From assembly GCF_009914755.1 (NCBI RefSeq), contig NC_060928.1: a stretch of DNA of 64,000 nucleotides. One strand, 5' to 3'. Made by a program: the position numbers and the translations under genes. The notes beneath the pieces are model-generated. The model was given only the letters and a program-made list of their open reading frames with translations. It was not told where the DNA came from and ran no database searches. The DNA is from the human T2T-CHM13v2.0 reference genome, Homo sapiens. This document shows, piece by piece, positions 42,760-57,080 of the stretch (the first letter of the stretch is position 1; each line of letters opens with the position of its first letter).

Positions 42760-43570
42760 ATCTACAAATAGCTTGAAACAAATGCTTACGTAATTGTATT
42801 TGGTGAGGTTGTGGTGGGGCTGTAGGGGGTGTCATCCCGGGGAAAAGGAATAAGGATGAGAAGAGAAAAATGGGGAGAGAGGGGTCACACTCTGAGTCGG
42901 CCTTTCCTGTGGGCAACTGGTTGCTTGATCCTTTGAAACCCTTAAAAAAAGCTGACGGGCGCAGTGGCTCAAGCCTATAATCTCAGTACTTTGGGAGGCC
43001 AAGGCAGGCGGATCACTAGGTCAGGAGATCGAGACCATCCTGGCCAACATGGTGAAACCCCATCTCTACTAAAAATACAAAAATTAGCCGGGTATTGTGG
43101 TGTGCACCTGTAGTAGTCCCAGCTACTCAAGAAGCTGAGGCTAGAGAATCGCTTGAACCCGGGAGGCAGAGACTGCAGTGAGCCCAAAATTGTGCCACCG
43201 CACTCCAGCCTGGTGACAGAGCAAGACTCTGTCAAAAAAAAAAAAAAAAAAAAAAGCACATGGAATATATCTTAAAATTGTCTTTTGTAGAGGGTAGAGA
43301 AAGAGGCAATCATTTCTCTATTAGGTCACATTCCCCATTGCTCAATGTTTAGCTAATCCATGGTTAACTCACCCCTTTCTCTGGGTTGTGCATGCACTGG
43401 CAAAGAGTGGGTTTCTATAACTTCCCACATCAGCTGGATGGCTGAGGAGGGCTGCAGCACCAGAAAAAGAAAAGGTGCTAAGATGGTTTGAACATTCACA
43501 ATGGCTGAAAGCAGAGACAGATGAGAGAGATCAAGGGGATGTGCGTTGATACATCAGAGGCGTCTAAATC
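42760..43570 (-). mobile_element. LTR16-like (ERVL) LTR interrupted by AluSc
   Basis: 'tcatcccggggaaa..ctgtgggcaactggttgcttgatcc..' resembles an LTR16-family reverse complement and continues after the Alu. Confidence 0.45.
42953..43255 (+). mobile_element. AluSc-like
   Basis: 'aggtcaggagatcgagaccatcctggccaacatggtg'; poly(A); TSD aaaaaaagc. Confidence 0.95.
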
Positions 43571-45164
43571 AGTAAAGGAGAAAAGTACACACAGAATGAC
43601 TATGGAATGGGGAAGCCTCAAAGAGTATTAAATTAACATGACAAACTGATGTGTTAAAATGTTTGTTGTTGTACTCTTCGAAATCATTATTTAGGAAATT
43701 ATGTGTTTGTGATATTAGGTGGGGTGGCTGCTACTCTGGCAGCTGAGTTGCAGATGGGAGGCAGACAATGTGAGATAGTTTTCCTACTTCCCAAAGTTGG
43801 TGAGCACTTTTTCTCTTTCACTAAAGTTAGTTATTTAGGCTTCTAAACAGCCTTTCTAAGAAAAAGAAAAAAAACGACTTTCAAATCATAAAATGTGCCC
43901 ATGGAAAGCTGTTTTCAGACACTATTTGGGATTCTTTTTACCAAAGAAAGTAATCTTCATAGCAGAACTCTAAGCTTAAAAGTTATTTTGCTTTGAGATT
44001 CATCTCTGAATGTTGCTATGCTAAAAGAAACTTTTACAGAACAAGAATAAAGCTTTTAAACTTCACACATAGCCACAGGGATACCTTCCTCATGCATAGC
44101 CATGGGGATATCCAGGGCTTTAATGCTAAGGAAAAAAGGCAGCAAATCCCTCTACCCACCGTACCATCTGGAGGACATTTACTAGACTGTCACACATGCA
44201 CACACACCTGGATAAGAGCCCGTGAACAGTGTCGGCTGAGTAACAATGTGGAGATATTTTTTTTTTCTTGACAGTGTAATTGAAATTATAGCTATAATAT
44301 GCTTTTAAAAACACTGGATTTTTTCTTATATTTTTTTAAATTTTAGGTATTTATTCACTTAATATATTTTTGAAATAAGGAATCACACAAAAAATGAAAC
44401 TTATGGGAAGTCTTCAGGCTTAATTTCCTAATTGTTTGATCACTAAAAATCAAGGAACCTCAGGCAGTTACCAAGTAAAGTCACGTACGTATTTAAACCA
44501 CCTACTTATTATCTATCTATAAATTAAACTTAGAATATTTACCAGCTATTCTGTAAATTCGTATCTAGGCAAATAAGTGAGTAAAAATATTTTGAGCAGA
44601 TAAGACAATGTGCCCCGACAAAAGAGGAATTTAAATTCAATGTAGCAGCATTAGAGTTTTGAGGGATTACAGAAAAATTAGACTAGAAAAATAAGCAGAA
44701 TCCAAATTATGAAAGATCTTCAAGTCATATCATGTTGTTGGAAGTGTCTAAAGTCACTGGCAGCCACTAAAATGTTTTAATAATGACAATTAATCTGATT
44801 GCTTCTAAGCAAGCATGACGTGGGAAAACCAGTTGAAGACATTTAGGTACCCTGGAGTGGTGTTGGAACAGAAGCCTCAGAGGAGAATCTTGGGGAAGGA
44901 GTGATATGTGAGCATCTACAACACTCTCTAAACCAAAAATATATGAAAGGGACGACAGAATTAGGCCAAGTCTCTAAAGGATTAAGACAGAAGTATTAAA
45001 AATGATATTCTTCTTATCTTGCATGTGTGCAACTGATTTTAAAAAATTAATTACCACCCCCATTACTGTTATATTACACACAGTTTTGTAGCTTATATTG
45101 ATCACATTGTGTGGCCTTCTAGATTTTGAGACTATTGGACAATTATTAGGGCCCACTATTTTGT

Positions 45165-45375
45165 TGAAAATCTAACTTAGGGTTACTGCAATTCAATTCT
45201 GCTACTAACAACTTAAAGTAAATGCAGACTCCACAAGTTAATGAACATAGTTCCTAAGATGACCCTTACTCAGACTCCAATTGCACTATGGGTGTTCTCA
45301 AATTCAGGGTTCCAGTGATTCTCCAAGGCTTGGTAATTCTCTAGAATCACTCATAGAACTACAGTTTATTTTAAA
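45165..45375 (-). mobile_element. MER21-like LTR fragment
   Basis: 'caattcaattctgctactaac..gcagactccacaagtta..ctctagaatcactcatagaact'. Confidence 0.6.
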
Positions 45376-45566
45376 GAAAAACACAGGGCAAAAAATAATT
45401 GACAATGTCAACTACCAGCAGAAATATAGACAAATCTGGACTTTCACCAGATAATAGGAATGTATGTTAAAACAACTACATTAGAAAAAAGTATGGCATT
45501 TTTACAGAGTTTAAGATTTCTCTCCCCTATGACTGAGCAATTCCACTCTTAGAAATACACTCAAGA

Positions 45567-48500
45567 GTGAGAGAGGGCTGAGTGAGACAGTGGAGTAGGT
45601 CCTTCCAGAAGTTATTCTCCCACTGAAACAGCAATTTGAACACCTATCTCCACAAGAAAAACCCTTCTCAAGAGCTCAGAAAAACAGGTAAGAGCTCACA
45701 GTATCTGGTTATAGTGTAATAATAAGAAAAGATGTATTGAAGAGGGTAGGAAGGACAGTTTTACATTACTTTCAATACTCTTTCCTCAAACTCAGGCAGC
45801 ACAGCATTGAGAGGAATGTGGTATACTTGGGAAAAGGGGAGGAAATTAGCATGGAATTTTGCCTTGGAACATAAGACCGGGGCCAACACAGTAAAATCAA
45901 GCACTGGGCATAACCCCTTGGCCTCTGACACCAGGCTGCTACCTCCAGATGAAGCCTCTAGACCTGCCCCAGAACCCAGAGATAATTCAGCCTGCATCAC
46001 CACTTACAAACTACAGCAGCCTTGGCCCTGAATAAACCTTAGTGCCAGGCAGGCTATGGCACCAAGGACCTTAGGCATGCTCCAGCGCTGTACTGGTCTC
46101 AGAGTTAGTGGGCATCTGCTGTGACCCAATGTTGCATTAGCCTCAGCAGCCACAGGATTGCCAATGCCACCTTTAGCTCATCCCCAGGCAGCACAACTGG
46201 AGAGAGACACTGTCTTCTTGGGGAAAGAAGATAAAAGTAAGCATAGGACTTTACCTTGCAACCCAGTACAGGCCTGCCTCAGTAAAATCTAACATGAGGC
46301 AGAACTTCCCCAACTCTGACACTAGGCCAGTACCCACAGATGGAACCTCAGACCACCCCAGCACCAGATGGGATTCTGCAATCCCAGTAAGACAAATTCA
46401 TGCTCCAGTTCATATTATGGCCAGCTGACTACATTGACATTTTCCTTAAATAAACTTCAAGCTATATAATCTTTAGGACTTGGAGACAACCTGCACTGTG
46501 CTTGTCTTGGTGACCATGGGCTTTGGGTGTGATCCAGCGTTGTGTCAGCCTTGGCAGCAAAAATATTTAGGCCACAATGGTATATGGTTAGGTGTCTTCT
46601 AGCATTGTAATTCCGGAAGCAGTCACAAGCTTAGGGTTCTCACTAATCAACCTTCCCTGAATCTGCTAATAAGGTCAACACTGAAGAAAACTCCCAAACA
46701 AAGCCACACTACAAATATTGGATCAGGTGCCTACTCCAATGTTCAGAAATTGATGTAGAGCCACAAGGATCAAGATCAATCAAGGAAACATAACATCAAT
46801 AAATGGTCAAAATAAGGTGCCAGTGACTCACCCTAAAGTGATGAGACAGAAAAACTGCCCAAAAAATAATTCAAAGAAGCTGTTTCAATGTTCAGCAAAC
46901 TACAAAAAATTACAGAAAAACAATTGAGAGATTTATCAGAGAAATTTAACAAAGAGATTGATATAATAAAAAAAGTAGAAACTCTAAAGCTTAAAAATAG
47001 AATGAATAAAATAAAAAAAAATAATAGAGAGTATCAACAGCAGGATTGATCCAACCAGAATAAGAATCTGTAAACTTGAGGTCATGTTAATTAAAAATAT
47101 ACACTCAGAGGAGAAAAATAAAAAGAATAAGAAGATATGAAGAAAACTTGCAAAATTTTCAACTTCAACATCCCACTTTCAACAATAGACAGGTCACCTT
47201 GACAAAATATCAATATAGAAACATGGTATTTAAACTACACTCTATACCAAATAGACCTAACATTTATAGGCCATTCTTTCAAACAGTTATAGAATGTACA
47301 TTCTTCTCAAACCTAGATGAAACATTTTCCAAGATAGATGACATGTTAAGTCACAAAACAAGCCTTAACAAATTTAAGATCAAAATGAATGAAAGTTACC
47401 AGATTTAGTAAAATAACATCAAAAAGCAAATTTACAGGTCATTATTGTTCTAGAGAGAGTACAGAAAGAGGGATAGAGAGCTTATTTAAATAGTTAATTA
47501 CATAAAACTTTCCAAACCAGCAACTAACCTGGAATGGGAAGGTCAGAGGTCTCCAATCAGGTTCAGTCTGAAATACGAATACCCTAAGACATATTTTAAT
47601 CAAACTGTCAAAGATCAAAGACAAAGGGATAATCCTGAAAGCAGCAAACGAATAAAAAAACAAATGAGATATAAGAGAGTTCCAACATGTCTCACAGCAG
47701 TCTTCTCAGTAGAAACCTTATAGGCTTGGAGAGATGAGATAATATATTCAAAGCGATGAAAGTAAAAAAAAAAAACCCTACCAATCAAGAATACAGTATC
47801 AGCAATGCTGTCTTTCAGAAATGCAGGAGAGATGAAGGTTTTTTTGGACAAACGTAAGCTAAGAAACTTCCTCAGCACTAAACCTTTCTTGTAAGAAATG
47901 CTAAAGGAAATTCTTTTAAATAAAGGAAAAAGGTACTAATTAATAACATGAAAACATCTGAAAGTATATAATTCAATTTTAAAAGTAAGTAGACAACAAA
48001 ATTCTAAACAGTCTGATAATGTATTGGTGCTGGGTAAACCTTAATATGAAGTTAAAAGACAAAATAATTACAAATAATAACTACATTAATTTGTTAAGGT
48101 ACATAAAATATAAAAAGATACAAATTATGACATTAAAAAGTCAAAATGTTGGGGGAAGAGGAAGAGTGGAGTTTTTTCTCTTTTTTAATTTTCTTTTGCA
48201 AAGTTAAGTTACTGTCTGTTTAAAATAACCTACTAAAACTATGAGACGCTTTCTGTAAGCCTCATAGCAATTGCAAAGCAACAATATAGAAGAAATACAC
48301 TAAAAAATTAATCAAAACTTACTACTTAAAAAAAATTCTTAACCACAAAGGAAGACAGTAAGAGAGAAGTAAAGTAAGAAAGAACCTACAAAACAAAACA
48401 AAATTAACAAAATGGAGGCAGTAAGTCCTTACCTATCAATAATTACCTTGAATGTAATTGAATTAAATTATCCAAATAAAGGACATACTGTGACAAAAGG

Positions 48501-51500
48501 CATAAAAAGTGAAAACTCAGCTATGTGCTGCCTACAAGAGACAAACTTCCCCTTAGGGACACACATGGATTGGAAGTGAAGAGATGGAAAAAGACATTCC
48601 ATGGAGAGCAGGAGTAGCTTTATTTACATGAGATAAAATATACCGTAAGTAAAAAATATGTAAAAATGAGAGAAATGATATTATATAATGATAAAGATAT
48701 CACCTCAGCAAGAGAATATAACAATTATAAATATATATGCACTCAATATTGGAGCACTTAAATATATTGAACAAATATTAATAGAGCTAAAAAAAGAGAT
48801 GGACTGTAATGCAAAAAGAGCAGGGGACTTCAACATCCCGCTTTCAACAATAGAGAGATCACCTTGACAGAATATCAATACAGAAACATGGTATTTAAGT
48901 TACACTCTATATTGAATAGACCTAAAAAATATTTACAGACCATTCTTTCAAACAGTTATAGAATGTACATTCTTCTCAAATAAAGATGAAAGATTTTCCA
49001 GGATAGATCATATGTTAGGCCACAATACAAGTCTTAAAAAATTTAAGATCAAAATCATATATTCTCAGACCACAGTGTTATAAAACTAGAAATAAATAAC
49101 CAGACAAAACATGAAACTTTACAAATACATGTCAATCAAACACATGCTCCTGAACAATCCACGGGTCAATGAATAAATTAACAGTGAAATTAAAAAATTC
49201 CTTGAGGCAAATGAAAATGGAGATTTAACATACCAAAACCTATGGGACACAGCAAAAGCAGTTCTAAGAGGGAAGTTTATAGCAATAAACATTTATCTAA
49301 AAAAAAAAGTCTTAAATTAACAACCTAACATTGCACATTAAAGAAGTAGAAAAACAAGAACAAACCTAAACCTAAAACTGATAGAAGCTAGTAAATCGTA
49401 ATGATCAGAGGAGAAAAAATAAAACAGAAACTTAAAAAATACAAAAGACCAATGAAGAGCTAGTTTTTTTTTTAATTGACCAGATAAACAAAATCCACAA
49501 GTTTTTATCTACAGTAACTCAGGGGGAGAAAATTTATAGTTCCCTCTTAGAACTCAGAACCCAAACAAATAAAATCAGAGATGAAAAAGAGATATCACAG
49601 CTGATACCACAGAAATGCGAAGGATCTAAGAGACTATTATGAACAACTATATACCAACGAATTAGAAAACCTATAATAAATGGAAAAATACCTGCACATA
49701 CGCAACTTACCAAAACTGAATGATGAAATAATTTAAAACCTGAAATTTTGACCAATAGTGAATAATGAGATTGAATCAGTTATTAAAAAATCTCTGATCA
49801 AAGAGAAGCCCAGGACCTTATGGCTTCAATGCTGAATTCTACCAGACATTTAAATGAAAACTAGTACCAATTATTCTCAATTTATTCTAAAAAATTGTAG
49901 AAGATGAAATTCTTCTAAACTCATTCTTAGAAGACAGTTTTAACTTGATACCAAAACCAGATGAAAACCCAAAGAAAAATGGAAATCACAGGCCAATCTT
50001 CCAGATGAACGTAGATGAAAAAACTCTCCACAAAGTACTGGCAAACTGAATTCAACAGCGAATTAAAAAGGTCATTTACCATGATCAAGTGGATTCATCC
50101 CAGAGACGCAAGGAAGACTCAACATATGCAAATCAATAAACATGATACATCATTAACAGAATCAAAGACAAAAGCCATATAATCACTTCAATAGACATAA
50201 AAAAGCATTTAATAAAATTCAACGTCCCTTCATGACAAAAAGTGTCAACAAAGTAGGTATAGAAGGAATGTACCTCAATATAATAAAAGCTGTATATTAC
50301 AAACACATAGCTAACTCCCAGATAGCATCATACTGAGCAGGGAAAAGTTGAAACTTTTCTTCACAGATTGGAACAAGACAAGAATACTCATTTCCACCAC
50401 TTTTATTTAACATAGTACTGGAAGCCCTAGCTGGGAAAATAGGTGAGGAGAAAACAAATGAAAGGCATCCAAATTGGAAAGAAGAAAATCAAAATGTCTC
50501 TGTAGACAATGTAATTTTATATATAGAAAACCCTGTATACGCCATCAAAAACTGTTAGAACTAGTAAATGGATTCTGTAAAGTTGCAGGATACAAAATCA
50601 ATATACAAAAACCAGTACTGCTTCTACATATGCATAAGGAACTATCTGAAAAAGAAATTGAAAAAGCAATACCATTTATAATAGTGACAAAAATAAGATA
50701 TCTAAGGATAAATTTAACCAAGGAAGTGAAAGATCTGTATACTGAAAACTATAAAACATTGATAAAAGAAATTGAACATGACACAAATAAATAAAAAGCT
50801 ATGCCATGATAATTAATTGGAAAAAATATTATTGTTAAAATGGCCACTCTAACCAAAGTGATTTACAAATTCAGTGTAATTTCTAACAAAATACCAGTGA
50901 CATTTTTTGCTACAATAGAGAAAGCAACTCTAAAATTTGTATGGAACCACAAAAGACCCTAAATGGCAAAATAGATTTTGAGAAAAAACAAACAAACAAA
51001 CAAACAAAAAACAAAGCCTGTGGCATCACACTATCTGAATTCGTAAAACACTACAAAACAGTAGCAACCAAAAATGATTCTTGTGTAAAAACAGACACAT
51101 AGACCAATGGAACAGAGTAGTGAACACAGACTTACAGCCAACTGATCATCAACAAAGGTGCCAAGAACACATATTGAGGGAAAATACAGCCTCTTGAATA
51201 ATGATGCTGAGAATATTGAATATACAGGAGAATAAAGCCAGACCTCATCTCTCACCATATACAAAAATCAAGTCAAAAATTCATCAAAGACTTAAACGTA
51301 CAACCTGAAACTACTAGAAGAAAACATTGAAGAAACAGAGCATTGGTCTAGGCAAAAATTTGTATATGTGTGTGTAAGACCTCAAAAGCACAAGCAACGA
51401 AATTGAAAATGAACAAATGGGATTTTATCAAACTACAAGTTTCTGCACAGCAAAGGAAACAATTAACAAAGTGAACAGATGTTATACACAATGGGATCAA

Positions 51501-52535
51501 AGATTTGCACACTATCCATCTAAAAATTGATTAATAACCAGAATATAGAAGAGACTCAAAGAACTCAATAGCAATAATAATAATAATCCAATTTAAAAGA
51601 GACAAAAAAACCTAAATAGATGTTTCTCAAAAGAAAACATACAAAAAGCCAACAGGTATGTAAAAAATACTGAACATTACTAATAATCAGGGAAATTCAA
51701 GTCAAAACCACAAAGAGATATCATGTCACCCCAGTTAAAATGGCTATTTAATAAAATGCTGGTGACGATGCAGAAAAAGGGGAACATTAGTACACTGTGT
51801 GGGAATGTACAATAGTACAGCCATTACAGAAAACAATATGGAGGTTCATCAAAAAAGTACAGGTAGATCTACCATACGATGCAAAAATCCAACTAGGTGT
51901 ATATGCAAAAGAAAAGAAATCAGCATACCAAAATCAGTGCGGCATGTTTATTGCAGGACTATTCACAATAACCAAGATATGAAATTAACCTAAGTGCCCA
52001 TTAGCAGATGAATAAAGGAAATGTGGTGTATATACACAATGGAATACTATTTAATTATGAAAAGAATAAAATCCTATCATTTGCAGCAACATGGATGAAC
52101 CTGGCAAACATTATGTTAAGTGAGATAAGCCAGGCACAGAAAGATGAATACCACATGATCTCACTCATATGTAGACTCTAAAGGAGATCTCATTGAAGAG
52201 TAGAATAGTAGCTACCAGAGGCTGGGGAAGGGAGGTGCAGTGGGGATTAGGAGAAATTTGTCAACATGTTCAAAGTTACAGTAGACAGAAGGAATAAGTT
52301 CTGGTGTTCTATTGCACATTAGAGTGACTATGGTTAAAAATATTGTCTTGTACATTTCAAAATAGCCAGAAGAGAGAATTTTGAATGTTCTCATTACAAA
52401 GAAATGATTATTGTATGAGATGATAAACATGCTAAATACACTGATTTGGTTTTTACACAATGTATACATGTATGGAAACATCACACTGTATCCTATAAGT
52501 ATATATGATTATTATGTTTGAATAAAAACAAAATT
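45567..52535 (+). mobile_element. Near-full-length, dead L1MA-age LINE-1 (~7 kb) nested in an older L1ME-like 3' end
   Basis: Colinear 5'UTR, ORF1 ('ataaggtgccagtgac..aaactttccaaacc..gcagtcttctcagtagaaacctta'), ORF2 (ORF 50474-50794 KVAGYKINIQK..INLTKEVKDLYTENYKTL) and L1MA-type 3'UTR ending aataaaaac. Many stops and frameshifts. Confidence 0.92.
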
Positions 52536-52670
52536 TTAAAAAGTAATGCCTGATACTTAACATCAGAATAGATATTTTACAAGGAAAAAATTATCACCAT
52601 TGTTCATATTAACCATGAACTAGAAATAGCTCAATAACTCAATGCCCATTCTATTCCATTCCATTCACTC

Positions 52671-52765
52671 TTCTATTCTATTCTATTCTATTCTATTCTA
52701 TTCTATTCTATTCTATTCTATTCTATTCTATTCTATTCTATTCTATTCTATTCTATTCTATTCTA
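52671..52765. repeat. (TTCTA)19 = (ATTCT)n pentanucleotide microsatellite
   Basis: 95 uninterrupted bases counted directly. Confidence 0.97.
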
Positions 52766-53989
52766 ATTTTTTCTAATTGATTCTGTTCTTCATTTGTATA
52801 TAGTTGATATTACACAGCAATGGAAATTTTCTATTGTTCCCTACAAGAATATGAATAGTGTAGCACCACATAATACAGGCAAAAACAAAACAAAACAAAA
52901 CAAAATTCAATGATTTCATTTATACATTGGAAGTTAACACCAAATCTACATTCTATTGCATAACGTTTTACATATACTTAGGTGGTAACACACAAATCTA
53001 ATAGGGGGTGATTTTATAAACATGGTGAAAATTGTTACCTATATGCTAAAGGCATATAGGTAATTGAGAAGGATTATTCTAAGGGCTCCTGGGATACTGG
53101 TAATGTTCTGTTTCTTGAATAGAATGATGGTTTCATGGCTGTTTAATTTTTAATAATTTGTACACTATTAATCAACAATAGAAAATTATACCATATGTTA
53201 CATTTTATAATTTAGATTAAAAGTCAAATCATCATGTGTATACTTTAAAACACAATTTTAAGTAACATATTATCTATTTTTAGACAGCAAATTACATAAA
53301 TATTTTACCCAAGAAGAATAATTAAGGTTGTTAGTTAAAAGTCTATCCTTTATTAAAAGCATCACACATGCAATTAGCATTTATTATTCCTAAATATGTA
53401 GCAAACTCCAATAGTGTGAAGATAGATTCAATTTTCTTTGTCAATTTTGTTTCATGCACATATGTACTATCAGCAGCAGTAGCTATATTTAGAATTAACA
53501 TTTTCTAAGCATTGCTATATTTATAATGTCTAATCCACTGTGTTTAAAATAAAATAAACTAGTTTTAACAAAATTTGAAGCTTTACCAATGAACACTTAC
53601 TCTAATCTTGTATATTTCTAGGAATTATTTAAGAAGTAAAATTATTTTGATTAAAATATAAGTTTTTCATGTCAGAGCAGATGCTTATCATTTTTATTCC
53701 AGTATGTTTTCATTATCGACAGTTTGTGTGTTATATATACTTCAGTAAACTACATCAAATGGCTCAGAAACATGTTAGATATATTTGCTTTAATTTTTAC
53801 AAGTTACAGAAGAAAAACAATTAGAATTGATTTAGATTAGATTCAAAATAATTTGGAAAGGGTTACTTGTTCACTAGTGTTATTTCTGAAATAAGTTTAT
53901 GCTAGAGGGGGCTTTTGGAGAAGACTCCATTACAAAAGCATCCTGGCCCCACGACCCAACCCTTCTTATGTTGCTGCCCAGGATCAGAG

Positions 53990-56900
53990 TGTGTCAAAGG
54001 TGGCCAATCTGAAGGAGCTCCAAATGTCCAAAGCTGAATAATGTGAGCACTGAAATAAATAATGCTAATATTGTAATACAAGCCAAAGAATAAAATAAAC
54101 ATCCATGCCTTGGAGTTAATATAAATAAAAAAATGAAAGCAGGGAGAAATCAAAATAATTTATGTAGATACTTTCCTCCTCCACCAACACTACCAGGAGG
54201 TAAAGACTAATACGCCTTTTCCTTGAGTGTGTATTCCAGGATTGTCCTGTATATTCCCTGTTTCAGTTCTAGAATTAGCCATTTCTCCAAAAAATCCTAG
54301 GTTCCTTTTACTGGAGAATGGTATTTAGAAATCAAGATTTGGGCACTGGGTATGTTTGTGGCTGCTAGATGTTCACTGCTCCCATACTACATTTCCCAGA
54401 CTGAAGAAATGTAGATAAGCATCCTAATTTATATGTATAGACATAACTATAATTAGTTCTGTTAAACGTGAGTTTCTACTGATGTCTCTGACTAATCCAT
54501 CACTGTGTGGTTCATTCTAGTATTCCTCTCTTGTTTATTTGTAACTTATTTCTGTGACATTGAGAAAGCTGTCTTCCATTTTCTATAGCATATTTACTTT
54601 TCAAAATCATCCCTAGATACATATAAAGTAGTTTCAGAATTGCTAACTTGTACCCCTTTGAGAAACAAATTTACCCACTAGACAGTAGTGATTTTACTCC
54701 CTTATTCTAGTTTTTGACTTTTTAAATCCAAGCAAACTTGATTTAACAAAGTTACTTTAAGCCAGTTTCTTTTCTCTTAGTCTCCAGTTGAGGTTATATC
54801 ATGTGTTTGTAATACAGTTAGATTTGTTTGTTGCAGTCTGCATTCCATCCTGGGATCACTATAACTTCTATCAATTAGAAAAAATGCATACTTGAAGGTT
54901 CACTTTGTATAAATCTACAGGAGATACATGGCTATGCATATAATATGTAATTTAAAAGTAAATTTGAATCAAGTGGATTTTAAAAAGCAAAACATACAAC
55001 TTACTATAAAAAAGTACAAAATTAACCTAACTATAGATGAAATAAAAACAAAGTTATACATGCACCCACAAGCAGAAATGAATTAATTTATGGAACTCTG
55101 GAGCAAATATTTCAGATTTGTACTTTTACTAAGACAAATAATCTGCCAGACAATTGTGATTTTTACTTAGTTTTTTTTTTTTGGTGGTATTATCAATATA
55201 ATGATTCTAGAACTATTTTGTGTACATCATAAGATAGAAGAAACAAGTACATTTAGTGATATTGCCAGGAACCAGCGTTTTCACTATGGCAGTAGGAAAG
55301 TAAACATATGTAATGTCAGAAGGAAAGGAAGAATCCTGTGATATTAAACTGGAGTTGGAGAAATCAGTCCAAAGCCATGATCCTTTACCAAATGTCTTCA
55401 CAGTGCTGTCCACTGAAGGAACCTAGAAGAGTAACACAGAAGTAGCAATGAGCATACATACTGCCCAGATCTTGGTGTGCAAATCCCATCTCCAAGTAAA
55501 AGGAACTAGGGCTCTTATTTAAAAAAAAAATTATTTAGTTCAAATCTAGGGCTGTAAAAAATAAAATAAAATGAGGCTGGAACATCTTATGGGGACTGAA
55601 ATTAAGAAAAATGGATTGTATCAAAAAGACTCTATAGTCAGCTTGAATGGCTTCTTTCGGCCCAGTTTGGGAAAATTGGACTACCAAAAAGAATGATGAT
55701 AATCTGTCTAAAAAGAGAAAAAAATTGAGGGAAATAGATGAAATAAGACAACAGAACATTGGCAATTATTAGAGCAGTCTAATGTGTAATTGTAGTTTAA
55801 TGAATCATTCTCTTCACTTTTATTTGTATTTGAAATGTTCTATAATAAAAAGTATACTATATGTATATACTATATTATATGTTAATATAATATTATAATA
55901 TATATAATATTCTATACATATATAACACTAAAACATAAGTAAAATGTGGTAGTTGCAAGAATATAAAGTTTGAAAAAATAAAGTATAAATGTAACAAATT
56001 CAAATCAGTGTCATATAAAGAAGTTAAATAAAAAACCAGAAGCTAAAAGAAAAATTAAAATGAGTAATGTACCTCCAACCCTAAACCAAACTAATTACCA
56101 AACATGTTAAAAATTAAATTTAAATAATATAATCATAAAACAATTAGAATAAAAACAGGCAATTAATGACTTTTTATCAAATTGGGAGGTTAAACATTCC
56201 AAGCAGAAGACTGTAAAAATGGAAAAAGAAAAAAAATAAATGCTTCTAAAACTCTTTCATATGAGAAGTAAAGGACTGTATGTCTGAAAGGATAATGACT
56301 GACTTGCAAAAATATTAAGCTAAAATTCAATTATCCTAGCTCAAAAAAGCACCTGCAAATAAATAACATGACAAATATTAATAATAATCTGGTAAAGCAA
56401 TGAAAAAAAGATAATTGCAGATTATTCACCAAATAGAAAAGCTACTAGTTAGTAGATTTAAAAATAAATTTAACTTACCAGAAATAGGATATTCAAATTA
56501 AAGAAGAAATGAGATTCTATATGTGCTCCTATCAAATTAGAAAATAATTTATTATTATAATACTCAATATTGTTCAGGGTGGACTGAGATAACTACTCTC
56601 ATAAATGGAATATGAACATTGAAAACCCCTTTATTGGGGCAGTTTGGATATAACTAACAAGTTATTTTAAATGTTCATGTATTTAAGCTCTCAAAATACA
56701 TCTTAAGAAAATTACCGTCTGTGAGGTTATAATGAAAAATAACTTGTAGCTTAAAACACAGAACATGATTATTGTCCCAAAATATGCAAAATGGTTGTAT
56801 AAATGTTAATCTATCTTTAAATATGTTTGCATACAAGCCTAAAGTCATGTATTATAAGCATTTCAAGATATACAAAATACATGATATTGGAATTAATGAG

Positions 56901-57080
56901 AAAAGAACATATTCATAACTAATATAATTATAATTTTGTAAAGAAATATAAAGGACAAAAATTAGAAGGCAAAACACAGCAGTCTTATGAGTACCTATCT
57001 ATTGGTGGCCATCTTAAGAATAATTTTGATTATGTATTTATAATTATTTTTCAATGAAAAATGAAGTTTGCATGTAATTA
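53990..57080. mobile_element. Patchwork of old L1MC/MD/ME fragments in both orientations, with an AT-rich low-complexity tract (~55850-55925)
   Basis: 'agccatttctccaaaaaatcctaggttccttttactggagaatggtatttagaaatcaagat' (minus); 'catcttatggggactgaa..aaaagactctatagtcagcttgaatggctt' (plus); 'gaaatgagattc..ctatcaaattag' (plus). Confidence 0.65.

Noticed and set aside
45567-52535. Potentially active full-length L1
   Set aside because: Old L1MA-type element with numerous stops, frameshifts and an insertion in ORF1.
52671-52765. Identification as the ATXN10 (SCA10) repeat
   Set aside because: Same motif only; no ATXN10 exon is recognisable and the flanks are L1 debris.
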